From a virus (Duplodnaviria; Caudoviricetes), in IMG/VR virus record IMGVR_UViG_3300017909_003387, positions 1 through 33,340 of that record: a stretch of 33,340 nt of DNA. The stretch is one strand, 5' to 3'. The notes beneath the pieces were generated by a model that was not told where the DNA came from, searched no databases, and worked only from the letters and a program-made list of their open reading frames with translations. Position 1 is the first letter of the stretch; every line of letters begins with the position of its first letter. The position numbers were made by a program, and so were the translations under genes. Shown here piece after piece: positions 1 to 9,627 of this stretch.

Positions 1-1173
1 TTGAACACCATTGTTTTGAGCATTAGGCCCACCAACCTTAATGTATTTTGGTTTAGTTCCTGTTTTGTATGTTTTATCTACAGGATCATAATACCTGTAT
101 TCTACTTTTGCGTTAGCCATAGTCGCTTCATCCCATTTAGTAAATGGAACTACTATACTATCAGCGCTTTGACCATCAGGTGTTAACATTCCATTCTCAG
201 ATAAAACACTAACGATTCTCTCTGGCGTTGCTGTAATGTTTTGTGCGGCAACATTTAATAAATTATTGAATTCCTCCGCTTGCATTTGACTAACATCACT
301 AGTAATTACACCACTCATGTTGCCAACACGGCTCATTAATTCATAGGTCTTACCTAAAGGAGTGTTTTCACCAACAAGTTTTCCAACTTCATCGTAAAGA
401 TAAATTCTGTTTGCTCGTTGGTTTGCATCTTTTTTAAGACCTAAAATACTCATAGAGCCTTCAGGTATAGGTATAGGATTACCATTTGCGTCTAATTTGT
501 TTTTACTAAGACCTGTGGTCTCGTCAATCTCTTGTTGATAAAATGTTACTACACCTAACCCGCTATCATCAAACCCTAATGCATAAGATCCAGGTGCACC
601 TATAGACGATTGAATGTCTTGAAGCGCATCTTCTAAATTTCCAGAAATAGGCCTTTGTATAGTTTTAGTTTCGTTTTTCACAGTTGGGCCCCCACCACCT
701 TTTGTGGGATCCCCTGGAGCAATACTCCTTTCAGTAACTGTGTAGTCACCACCAACAGACCTTGCTTGAGTTAATTCAAATTGATTGCTTTCGTCTTTCA
801 TCCATTGAGAAGCAATGGTAAAGGTTTCTGATAAATTATCTCTAAAACGAGTGTTGTCATCCATGGTTATTACACCACCTTCAACTAAACGCATATTATT
901 GTCAAGTCTTCTTTTAGCTTCTGCCAAATAGGCAAGCATTTCTTCACGACCTGTTTTAGTGCTAGGAAATTCTTGTTGTGCTTGTTTAAGTATTTTTAAA
1001 TACTCTTGTTGCGTATTGTCTTTTAGGTTTTTTCTTTGAGTAAGAATATTGTCTCTCCACTCCTCTACACCTGTCTGTAAATCATCAATATAATCAAACC
1101 TTCCTGCAACTCTTTCCGCTGCTGCTTTTGCTACTGCTTCTTTTCCTAATGCTGCTTGTAATGCGTTACCCAT
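1..1173 (-). CDS. Putative internal virion (ejection/cargo) protein, partial; runs off the left edge
   Basis: Not in the ORF track. ATG at 1173 reads MGNALQAALGKEAVAKAAAERVAGRFDYIDDLQTGVEEW... with no stop to position 1 (391 codons). Function is inferred from its position after the tail genes, GNAT-like gene and Ala/Gly-rich protein. Confidence 0.7.
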   Translation of the reverse strand, partial: MGNALQAALGKEAVAKAAAERVAGRFDYIDDLQTGVEEWRDNILTQRKNLKDNTQQEYLKILKQAQQEFPSTKTGREEMLAYLAEAKRRLDNNMRLVEGGVITMDDNTRFRDNLSETFTIASQWMKDESNQFELTQARSVGGDYTVTERSIAPGDPTKGGGGPTVKNETKTIQRPISGNLEDALQDIQSSIGAPGSYALGFDDSGLGVVTFYQQEIDETTGLSKNKLDANGNPIPIPEGSMSILGLKKDANQRANRIYLYDEVGKLVGENTPLGKTYELMSRVGNMSGVITSDVSQMQAEEFNNLLNVAAQNITATPERIVSVLSENGMLTPDGQSADSIVVPFTKWDEATMANAKVEYRYYDPVDKTYKTGTKPKYIKVGGPNAQNNGVQ

Positions 1174-1188
1174 AATCTATATTTTAAT

Positions 1189-2163
1189 TTACACCCCACC
1201 ACCTGGATTAGGGCCTGCAGACGATGATGGTTTGCTTAATCCTAATGATTGAAATAATTCAGCAAAAAATCCATCCGATCCAAATACTCCTTCTTGATTA
1301 TCTTGACCAATTCCTAAGAATCCTCCAATATCATCTAAAACACCGTCATCACCTCTTAGCGCACCGTCTTTTCCAAAAAATCCTTCTGATCCGAATAGTG
1401 CACCATCTTTTCCAAATAAACCGTCAGTTGCTTTTGGCAGAACATTTATTCCGCCTCCCTCACCTATGTTAAAGTTTCCTTTTCCGATTTGTCTTAATTG
1501 TTGGTTCGAAAATGTGCCGCCTTTTAACATTTCTAAAGCAGCGTCTTGCGTGAGGTTAGGATCTTTTGCCATAAGTCCTTCAACCGCTTTTCCTTCAGCA
1601 TTTCCAAATGCTCCTATGCCGTATTTTAGAGCCTCTACTCCTGCGTTAACAAAAGCATTGTTTGCTACACCTTCTAATTTATCGGCTTCAGCCCTTTTTG
1701 CTGCTGCCTCAACACCTGCTGCTGCAGCCCTATCATCTTTCAAAGCAGCAATATCTTCTGCAGACGCTTCACCAGCTTTTGCTCTAGCCATATCAATTGC
1801 TAGTTTTTGCATTGCCTGTTTGTCTGCTATCTTTCCTGTTCCAATATCTTGTATTGCTTTGATTTTACCTGCAGTTGCAGCAACACCTCTTTGATCTCCT
1901 TCTTGTGCTGCTTCAACCAATTGTCTTCCTTGAACATTTGATAATTGTAAGGCTTTATCGTAAACATCTGTTGTTGCTCTTACAGCATCATAAAAATTCT
2001 GTTCAAGAGCCGCAATTGATTCTTGCTCTAATTGTTCTTTTTTAAGTTCTAATCTTCCCGCTTCTCTAGCCGCTGATTTTGCTGCGTCTCCTGCTAAAAA
2101 ACCTTTTGCTGCTTGACCTCCTACTGCTACGGTTGCTGCTGCTATAGTTGTGAATGCTGCCAT
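1189..2163 (-). CDS. Ala/Gly-rich internal virion (DNA ejection/pilot-type) protein
   Basis: Hydrophobic Ala/Gly N-terminus, Ala/Gln/Glu helical middle and Gly-rich repetitive C-terminus. This composition and position are typical of podovirus ejection proteins. Confidence 0.6.
   Translation of the reverse strand: MAAFTTIAAATVAVGGQAAKGFLAGDAAKSAAREAGRLELKKEQLEQESIAALEQNFYDAVRATTDVYDKALQLSNVQGRQLVEAAQEGDQRGVAATAGKIKAIQDIGTGKIADKQAMQKLAIDMARAKAGEASAEDIAALKDDRAAAAGVEAAAKRAEADKLEGVANNAFVNAGVEALKYGIGAFGNAEGKAVEGLMAKDPNLTQDAALEMLKGGTFSNQQLRQIGKGNFNIGEGGGINVLPKATDGLFGKDGALFGSEGFFGKDGALRGDDGVLDDIGGFLGIGQDNQEGVFGSDGFFAELFQSLGLSKPSSSAGPNPGGGV
1361..1416. repeat. Imperfect direct repeat with 39-nt period, encoding FGKDGA units
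   Basis: gcaccgtcttttccaaa at 1361-1377 and gcaccatcttttccaaa at 1400-1416. Confidence 0.8.
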
Positions 2164-2164
2164 A

Positions 2165-2575
2165 TTATAATAATTTCATCATTTCTGCGTTATATGCGTC
2201 TGCTTTGATATATCCATTGTCTTCATAAACTTTTATTAATGAGTCATTTTTTAACAATGCATAACCATATTTACATCCGCTTTTTTTTAAAGTGTGTGAT
2301 ATTACTTCTACTAAAAAACTTAACGCTTTTTTTCTTTTTTTTCTGTCTTTATACTCAAAGTTGGATATTATCCAATCACACCATCCTACTTTAGAGTTAG
2401 TGATATACATAAATCCTGCGCAAACAGGAATATTTTTGTCATAAACTATCATTCCTCCCTTACCATCATGAGGTAAAAAATCTTTTGGTGGAGGTGTCCA
2501 CCGCCAATCTTTCCACCATTTTAACAAAATGGTATTATAATCATTATCATTTAATTGTCTTATAGTAAATTGCAT
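2165..2575 (-). CDS. GNAT-fold protein (positional analogue of T7 gp13 / P22 gp14)
   Basis: 136 aa with TIRQL N-terminus, IVYD..PVCAGF strand and C-terminal LIKVYEDNGY (GNAT motif-B-like). Lies between the tail and ejection genes. Confidence 0.6.
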   Translation of the reverse strand: MQFTIRQLNDNDYNTILLKWWKDWRWTPPPKDFLPHDGKGGMIVYDKNIPVCAGFMYITNSKVGWCDWIISNFEYKDRKKRKKALSFLVEVISHTLKKSGCKYGYALLKNDSLIKVYEDNGYIKADAYNAEMMKLL

Positions 2576-2580
2576 TTACG

Positions 2581-2588
2581 CAAAGATA
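2581..2588 (-). promoter_or_regulatory. Bacteroidota -7 promoter box TATCTTTG
   Basis: Exact TAnnTTTG in the 20-nt intergenic gap, 5 nt upstream of the ATG at 2575. Confidence 0.65.
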
Positions 2589-2595
2589 CAAAAAA

Positions 2596-3384
2596 CTAAG
2601 GATTGCTTTTAAAGACTTCTGCGTCAACCGTAAAGAGTTCTACGGCTTCTGTATTTGAGTTTGATATTGTAAATTCTAAAAAGTAACCCGTTGCACCATA
2701 GGATTCAGCAACAGGATCTTTTAAAACTAAAATATAAGCGTTATTAGGCACTACTGAGCCTGGAGGTAAGAAATTAGTGCCATCAATAAAAATAGTCTTT
2801 CTATCGCTACTAAATTGAGTTATAGGGCCTATTTCAATAGGATCACTATAGTCAATTGGTTCAGGGCCTATAAAAGTGCTGTAGTATGCTTCATCACCAA
2901 TACTAATCATACTTGAAACAGGTGCATTAAAAGAAACTTGTATGATTCCAGGTGAAGAGCCTACTGTGCTTTGAAATGTACCAATACCTTGTGTAGATCT
3001 TAATGCTAGGTTTTCTGTTCCTGCAATTCTTTTTATAAAAGCAAAAAAGCTTCCTTCTTTTTTGACAAAGTCAGTTGAAGGCATAGAACCTGCTCCTAAA
3101 TCTGTTACCAAATCAATACTCCATCTATCATCACTTTCAAGCTCAATGGTTTTAAAAACTTTAACAGTAGTGGGTTCTTGGTTAAATACACTTGTTACTG
3201 TAGATGGATAATTTACACCATAATATTGATTTCTTGTTGAACCTGTGTTGTGTCTATATAGATTTCCACCTTTAAAAGTATACAGGTATTGATTCATACC
3301 CTTAATCATTTCAGGAAAATAACTATAAAAAGACGGCCATCCTTTAACGGTTTCGCTATATGTTAATGTGTAGTTTTGTGGCAT
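2596..3384 (-). CDS. Tail stabilization/muzzle protein, C-terminal part encoded as a separate ORF
   Basis: TLTYSETVKGWPSFYSY..EMIKGMNQYLYTFKGGNLYRHN, VFN.EP...KVFKTIELES and FVKKEG motifs resemble the C-terminal region of crAss-like/P22 gp10-like stabilization proteins. Confidence 0.6.
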   Translation of the reverse strand: MPQNYTLTYSETVKGWPSFYSYFPEMIKGMNQYLYTFKGGNLYRHNTGSTRNQYYGVNYPSTVTSVFNQEPTTVKVFKTIELESDDRWSIDLVTDLGAGSMPSTDFVKKEGSFFAFIKRIAGTENLALRSTQGIGTFQSTVGSSPGIIQVSFNAPVSSMISIGDEAYYSTFIGPEPIDYSDPIEIGPITQFSSDRKTIFIDGTNFLPPGSVVPNNAYILVLKDPVAESYGATGYFLEFTISNSNTEAVELFTVDAEVFKSNP

Positions 3385-3394
3385 AATTTATATT

Positions 3395-4312
3395 TTAAGT
3401 ACAGGCCTGTATATTAGTTACAACTCCGTTTGTAACAGTAATTACATTTCCATCATCCATTAGATAATTTTGGTCAGTTGCATAAGTTTGACCATTAATA
3501 TCATCAAATACAAAGTTATTAATTACAGGGTAATTATTTATAGCATTTCTAAACTGAGCAAAATAGTAAGTTTGAGTAGTAGCACCACATGATGTGCCGT
3601 TGCCTAATGCCTGTCCTGTAAAAGACGGTAAAGCGCTTTGGCATTCAACTTCAATATCCCAACCTGTAGCGTTACAAGGACCTAATACTTGAATCGTTAC
3701 AAGACCTGGAAGTCTGTTAGGTTTTGGAATAACCAAAGTGCTAAACTCTGATACGCCTCCACCAACATAATCTCCAGTGTTTATTGTTACGCTTTGAGGA
3801 GAAGGAGTCCCTGTTAACCATCCTGTATTGTCAAACCCATTATAAAATGTGTAGTTAGATGTGTTTGGGGCAGAAGGAACACAAGGATCGTTTGAAGAAC
3901 CTATAATTGTAAAAGCTTCTGCTACTCCGCTTGTAGATACTAGATTGCCATTTGTAGGGCTCATAAGTCTGTTGTAGTAAACTCCGTCATACAAAACTCT
4001 AATTCCATCTGGAACACTAAACGGATTAAAATGTACTTTTATAGCACCCGTGTCTCCTTGTTCTGTTCCTGCACTAAATGCTAATTGATATAGCCCATTT
4101 GCACCACTTGGAGGACTTATAGTTCCTCCACAAGGAATACCACATTCTTCACACAAAAATACAGGGCCTAATAACCCATTTAATTGTTGTCGATAGTTTC
4201 CATCATCTTGGTAATAACCATCTGCGGCTTTTGTTATTAGATTTTCATCATCGTAAACTGCTGTAGCAGTTAAAAAACTATCCGAATCTATATATTTATT
4301 TACTAAACTCAT
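3395..4312 (-). CDS. Beta-rich virion structural protein (tail appendage domains)
   Basis: T/G/N/S-rich with paired Cys and related N- and C-terminal modules. ATGA overlap with the upstream 1462-aa gene. Confidence 0.5.
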   Translation of the reverse strand: MSLVNKYIDSDSFLTATAVYDDENLITKAADGYYQDDGNYRQQLNGLLGPVFLCEECGIPCGGTISPPSGANGLYQLAFSAGTEQGDTGAIKVHFNPFSVPDGIRVLYDGVYYNRLMSPTNGNLVSTSGVAEAFTIIGSSNDPCVPSAPNTSNYTFYNGFDNTGWLTGTPSPQSVTINTGDYVGGGVSEFSTLVIPKPNRLPGLVTIQVLGPCNATGWDIEVECQSALPSFTGQALGNGTSCGATTQTYYFAQFRNAINNYPVINNFVFDDINGQTYATDQNYLMDDGNVITVTNGVVTNIQACT

Positions 4313-7300
4313 GCGTTTTCAATTGGTTGACAGTCACAACAAGCATCAGTTGGACTTGAATTATCATAACACAACTCAATAGGAGTTGGCTCTCTTAAAT
4401 CCCAAACTAAATATAAATACTCTTCACCTCCTACATAAGTAAAAGATGCTTCATTTTGAATACCGCTAGTTGTAATCGGAGTAGCAGTGTTTAACAAAGG
4501 TATTAAAGTATTTATATCTACTTCATTGTAATTTGTTGGAGACTCTAAATATTTAAATTTATCTTTAGTCGGATCAAACACAAAGGTATTTCCAGGCTCT
4601 TGTCTGTTTTGCATATAAACTGTTGCGCCTGAAGGAGGGATACTACCAAAAGACTCTTGTCCTGTAACTTCATTAAATAAAGACACTCCATCTTCTTCAA
4701 GCACAACTGAGTTTGTGCTATACGGACTTGTGTCGGAAGCAAGTTGCCATCTATATCTAGTGGTGGTTGTTAACGAAGCATCACCTGCAAAATTTATAAC
4801 AATTTGTTTTACGGTAATGCTGTCTGCTTCAGGACAATTAAAGGTAGCAGTGTAACTCGGAGGAACTGCTGAATTTGCATTAGGCCTAATAGTTACTAAA
4901 GCAGTCGTAGGATTGTTTAGTGTTTTAGTGAAACTAACTGATGTTTGTCCACTCAAACCCACTTGATTTACAACTTCTACATTGTTCCAGGTTACAATCA
5001 CATCTATCTCTCCTTGTGGTATGTCAAAAGAAAATGAAACAGGACCTATTATTGTTGTTAAGTTTACTACTAAATTGTAATCTGTTGTGGCTTCATTAAT
5101 ATTCAATACATAACCACACTGTCTTTCAATAGGTGGTTGAGGTATTTCCGTGGTATTAGAACTAATTACATATTCATTCATGTAAGGATCAAACCCGCCT
5201 AACTTTTGTGTTGGAAAAGAGTCTATAAATAAGTCTCTAAACCATGACCTCATTCCTACTTGCGAAATAACTATAAGTTGATCTGTTTTTGCACTTCCGC
5301 CTTTTAATTGTATAACTGAACTTCTTTTGGCATCGCTAAAGAAAACATCATAGCCGTAAGCAGTAAAACTTTCAGGATTATTACTTATTCCATATTCTTC
5401 TATTCTTGCTAACTGAGTTCCTAATACTTCAGGAACAGAAGTAATTGCACCACCCGCTGCTGCATCAGAAAGTAAATTTTTACCTACAAGCACATAAGAT
5501 ATTTTATCCTCCTGCAAGGTCAGAATATCCGTTTGTCTTGCATGCATTTTTCTAATAGGGCCAAAGTCAGTTTCTAAAGTTTTGAAATTCGTTAATGCTA
5601 AGTTAAACTGATTAAGTTTGTTCAAATTAGTTTCTTGATTAAAAACACCACTGTATGTAATATCTGCAAATCTATCTGCTTGTTGATATTGCTCTTCTGA
5701 TACAGAAGTTACCTTTTCACCCAATGCTACATTTGGTTTTGTCAAACCTGATAACACATAATTTTCTTCTACTCCATTGCCGAATGTATAACAGTTGAAA
5801 AAACTTAAATCAATAATAGCAGGTTGATTGGCTGTTTGATCTTGATCAGCAATACCATTTCCTGACATATGATATCCATTAACTATATCAAAAGCTTGAT
5901 TGTTCTCATAATACAACTCATCATTTGCTTGCAAAGGTTCTGTTTCAAAAACAGTTAGTGTGGTTGCTAATTCTAAAACGATTCTAACATTAACATACGA
6001 ACCTCTTTTGTTTGGAGATCCACATTTTCTTGTACCTGATGCAAATGTCAAAAATAAATCATTGGTTGCATTATCTCTTTGAAATCCAATATAACTTTGA
6101 CCATTAGTAGCCTGATTGATAATTGGATCTTCTATGTTTTGAAATTGATTTATAACATTTATAGTATCATCGCTACCTGCGCTTATTCCATTTGTAAAAT
6201 CAATATTATCACCTACAAACCAAGCATGAAGACTAGAATAATCATTTGAAGATACAAAGTTTTTATCATAATCATAAGTTCTACTACCACACTTACTTCC
6301 TCTTTTTCTTCTACTAGCTCCAAAAATTATTTGAATTCTAGATCCCGCGGGTATTTCTAAATCAACAAATTGTCCAGGGTTTGCTTCATCATCAATACTA
6401 CAACTAACAAGTGCCATTGGATAACTATCTCCATCGCTATCTTTTCTGTCAAAAAATGAATTTTCAGGTTTGTTTGCTGCAAAATTACTTGCTTTTACCC
6501 TCATATATGTTCCTGTGGGCTGACCACAAGTTCCAGAAATAACAGTGCCATCAGGATTTTTTTCACATAGAAAATCTCTTGCTTCGCTACCAAACCCCAA
6601 AACTTTTGTTGATGCACAATTTAATACAGGGCCGTTGGTGTCACTCTTTACAAATAAAGTGTCATTGTCTTTCACCTTATCCCTGTTGTCTCCATCTAAT
6701 AAATAATAAACATCTCCTGTTTCTTCTTCTACAAAAAATATGTTAGTATAAATTGTTCGATATAAACCTTTAGATTCCTTAATAACAAATTTAAATTTAG
6801 TTGCCCAAAAAGGAGGATAACTATTCATTGTTACTCTAATGTTGTTTTTGTTTACAGAGTCTTCACAAGGAATAAACACTGTGTTGTTTGTGTCTACAAG
6901 CGCGGTTGTTGCTCTGCCATATTCATCCATATAAACCACAGCTATTTCATAATCTCTGTTACTGTGTAGTGATTCTTTGGATGCGCTTTGAGCATATAAT
7001 CCTTCAGCAGTAACACATTGTAAATATTCATATGCAATTCTTGGAGGGTTATATGGAACAGGGGTTCCTGTACTAGTGTCAAACTCTTCAAATTTAATCG
7101 CTGGTATAGTAATACCAATTACATCGCTTCCTTGTTGTGTATCAATTGAAAACCCTTGTGGACTAGATGAAATACCAAATCCCACTTTTTCCCAACCCGA
7201 TTTGGAAACTACTTCGCAAATAAAAGTATCTGTTAGACTTGTTCCAATTTCTGCTCCTTGAGGTTGGTTAAACACACATGAGTTATCTGCAATGGGGACA

Positions 7301-8697
7301 AACTCACTTATAGCCTGTATAAACTCAGCGCTTGATGCCATTTCAAATACACTATTATAATCTTGTTGTAATTGAAACAGAAAAGTATCTTCAAACTGAT
7401 TTAAAGGTTGAGTTCCATCATCATATGTTGCATCACCACTAAATTGTGCGCTAACATAATTAAAAGCAAAACCTATTTGAGCACCCTCTATAAGTTGAAT
7501 TTCTTCACCACCAAAATCAATTTCAAATTTTGCTTGATTGACAGTAACTGAACCATCTATGGTATAAGTAGCATTTGACTGAGTTCCTGTTATTTCTGCT
7601 GCGTCTAATGGTTCACTGATTAACTCTAAATCATAATCTAAATAAACTTGCGCTCCGTTTTCATCCACTATATCATATCCATCTATGTAGTTTCCATACA
7701 TAAGACGATTACCCATTATAGTTTGCGCTTGTGCTTTTAATGGAACATTATCATATAACCTTAATAATTGTTCTTCGGGAAGAGTTGTATATATTTTTTT
7801 ATTCGTAAATGTTAAGGTTTGTGTAGTGTTATCTACCCACCCTTCATTTACCTTATTAAATCTTTCTATTACATTAACACTTTGGCTTGTGCTAAATTTG
7901 AATATTACATCAATATCTTTTACATTTTTGCCTCCTGTTTCAAACTCTATATCAACTGCGTTAAAAGTGTTTCTCATTCCCTCTTGATTATAATTGCTAT
8001 AATCAAACTGAAACGGCCCTGGAGTAAATGCATACTCACTAAAAGGTGACATCGCTGAATACTCACCATCTTCATATTGCCATCTATAAGCAAAACTAAT
8101 CAACAATTCTTCCATGTAATTTTCACCTCCTCCAATCTGATATTGACTAATTTTTGGAGCATTAAGAGGTGGTGCTAGAACAACCCCTATATCTTGCTCA
8201 TTAAGATTTGGTTCGGTTGGATAAGTTCTAGTTACATTAATTTTTCTAGGAGGATTTAAGTTGTCAGTAAAAAACAACAAATCTCCAATCATGTTTACAC
8301 CATTAACTAAATAATCTTTATCAAAATTTAAAACCTCTGTGGATATTAAATGATATATTAAGACAAATGTTCTTGTGTTATAAGAAACCACTAAATCAAC
8401 TTTGCCTGTAGGAGAGTTTGTATTGTTTGGATCATTTACAAACCAATACATAGTTTCTTCACCACCATCTTCATATGCACCAATACATTTGGCTTGTGCG
8501 CTTAACGCATCTCCTTCATAAGTTAATTGAACCAAAAGTTCATTTCCTTTAGAATTTTCAACCGCACCAATTTCAGTTCCCTCAGTAGATCCTAGTCTTA
8601 CATTTAAAGCATCGACATACTCTCCCTGTGGAACAAGGCGTTCATCAACGCCTTTATTCATACGACCTTTTATAAAATTTCTTTGAACTTTGGGCAT
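4309..8697 (-). CDS. Tail stabilization protein (muzzle/nozzle; crAss-like, P22 gp10-like)
   Basis: 1462 aa. Family-typical motifs: F.KGRMNKGVDERLVPQGEYVDALN, LLFFTDNLNPPRKIN, FAYRWQYEDGEYS, AQAQTIMGNRLMYGNY, SLHSNRDYEIAVVYMDEYGR, YGISNNPESF. Confidence 0.75.
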   Translation of the reverse strand: MPKVQRNFIKGRMNKGVDERLVPQGEYVDALNVRLGSTEGTEIGAVENSKGNELLVQLTYEGDALSAQAKCIGAYEDGGEETMYWFVNDPNNTNSPTGKVDLVVSYNTRTFVLIYHLISTEVLNFDKDYLVNGVNMIGDLLFFTDNLNPPRKINVTRTYPTEPNLNEQDIGVVLAPPLNAPKISQYQIGGGENYMEELLISFAYRWQYEDGEYSAMSPFSEYAFTPGPFQFDYSNYNQEGMRNTFNAVDIEFETGGKNVKDIDVIFKFSTSQSVNVIERFNKVNEGWVDNTTQTLTFTNKKIYTTLPEEQLLRLYDNVPLKAQAQTIMGNRLMYGNYIDGYDIVDENGAQVYLDYDLELISEPLDAAEITGTQSNATYTIDGSVTVNQAKFEIDFGGEEIQLIEGAQIGFAFNYVSAQFSGDATYDDGTQPLNQFEDTFLFQLQQDYNSVFEMASSAEFIQAISEFVPIADNSCVFNQPQGAEIGTSLTDTFICEVVSKSGWEKVGFGISSSPQGFSIDTQQGSDVIGITIPAIKFEEFDTSTGTPVPYNPPRIAYEYLQCVTAEGLYAQSASKESLHSNRDYEIAVVYMDEYGRATTALVDTNNTVFIPCEDSVNKNNIRVTMNSYPPFWATKFKFVIKESKGLYRTIYTNIFFVEEETGDVYYLLDGDNRDKVKDNDTLFVKSDTNGPVLNCASTKVLGFGSEARDFLCEKNPDGTVISGTCGQPTGTYMRVKASNFAANKPENSFFDRKDSDGDSYPMALVSCSIDDEANPGQFVDLEIPAGSRIQIIFGASRRKRGSKCGSRTYDYDKNFVSSNDYSSLHAWFVGDNIDFTNGISAGSDDTINVINQFQNIEDPIINQATNGQSYIGFQRDNATNDLFLTFASGTRKCGSPNKRGSYVNVRIVLELATTLTVFETEPLQANDELYYENNQAFDIVNGYHMSGNGIADQDQTANQPAIIDLSFFNCYTFGNGVEENYVLSGLTKPNVALGEKVTSVSEEQYQQADRFADITYSGVFNQETNLNKLNQFNLALTNFKTLETDFGPIRKMHARQTDILTLQEDKISYVLVGKNLLSDAAAGGAITSVPEVLGTQLARIEEYGISNNPESFTAYGYDVFFSDAKRSSVIQLKGGSAKTDQLIVISQVGMRSWFRDLFIDSFPTQKLGGFDPYMNEYVISSNTTEIPQPPIERQCGYVLNINEATTDYNLVVNLTTIIGPVSFSFDIPQGEIDVIVTWNNVEVVNQVGLSGQTSVSFTKTLNNPTTALVTIRPNANSAVPPSYTATFNCPEADSITVKQIVINFAGDASLTTTTRYRWQLASDTSPYSTNSVVLEEDGVSLFNEVTGQESFGSIPPSGATVYMQNRQEPGNTFVFDPTKDKFKYLESPTNYNEVDINTLIPLLNTATPITTSGIQNEASFTYVGGEEYLYLVWDLREPTPIELCYDNSSPTDACCDCQPIENA

Positions 8698-8698
8698 A

Positions 8699-9625
8699 CT
8701 ATTTTATCCATTTTGCTTGCCCTCTCAGATTCATTAATAATCTTCCAGGGTGTATATTACTTAATCTTAATTTTGCATTTCTTAAAAGCGCTGATTTTTC
8801 TTTTCTAGCCCTATTAACAATGTACTCTTGAACGCCTACTTTGCTGTTCAATATTACATATTTCATATATGCATAAATAAATTCTTCAAAAAGTTTGTTT
8901 ACACTAACTTTAGAGTCGTCACCTTTTTCCATGCCATCTGAAACATATTCGAGCACACATAATTCATTAGCCATGTCAGAACTAAAATTAATTACACCCC
9001 CTTGTTTATTGATTTTAAATGTAGGATTCTGATTTGCTGTTTCTGTATTCAAACCATACCTTGCACCTATAGGATATTCAAAGTACCATAACCCGTTGTA
9101 AAAATACCCCTCTTGTCCATGATAGCAACTCAACTCATTTAAATAAATAGTTTTTTTCTGATTTAGAATTCTTTGCATATCAATTGTTGATGTCGATGGT
9201 TTTAAAATATTACCGTCTAGATCAAATAAAATTCTACAGTTATTGTCTTGCAAATAAGCATCCGACCAATTTGTTTGAATATTTTCAGTCAAAGGCAACA
9301 ACAACCCGTCTTTGTATAATGAAATCCTTACCCAATTGACATAGTCAGGAGGTAAAACAAATCTTAATGTATCACAAACCTGAAGCTCTAAAATTTTAAT
9401 TTCTTTAAGAGAATCATAATTTAATTCCTGTATTGCTCTTTTTGCGTGAAATAAAATATTATATTTTTCTACATTATTTACTAGTTTGTCGTTTCCGACA
9501 TACATTAGCATGAAATTATTAACTATGTCATCTAATGATACATATTGATATGATCCCCAATTTTCTTGTTCTGTAAACGGGTTTCCTGTGTTTTCGTAAT
9601 ATGTGTAGTCGTTTATATATGCCAT
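8699..9625 (-). CDS. Tail ring / head-tail adaptor structural protein
   Basis: 308 aa with LPPDYVNWVRIS and LEYVSDG motifs of tail-tubular/ring proteins; lies between the capsid and muzzle genes. Confidence 0.6.
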   Translation of the reverse strand: MAYINDYTYYENTGNPFTEQENWGSYQYVSLDDIVNNFMLMYVGNDKLVNNVEKYNILFHAKRAIQELNYDSLKEIKILELQVCDTLRFVLPPDYVNWVRISLYKDGLLLPLTENIQTNWSDAYLQDNNCRILFDLDGNILKPSTSTIDMQRILNQKKTIYLNELSCYHGQEGYFYNGLWYFEYPIGARYGLNTETANQNPTFKINKQGGVINFSSDMANELCVLEYVSDGMEKGDDSKVSVNKLFEEFIYAYMKYVILNSKVGVQEYIVNRARKEKSALLRNAKLRLSNIHPGRLLMNLRGQAKWIK

Positions 9626-9627
9626 AA

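Noticed and set aside
1-186. Plus-strand 61-aa ORF in the track
   Set aside because: Shadow of the long minus-strand ORF 1-1173; TTG start at the window edge and no protein-like features.
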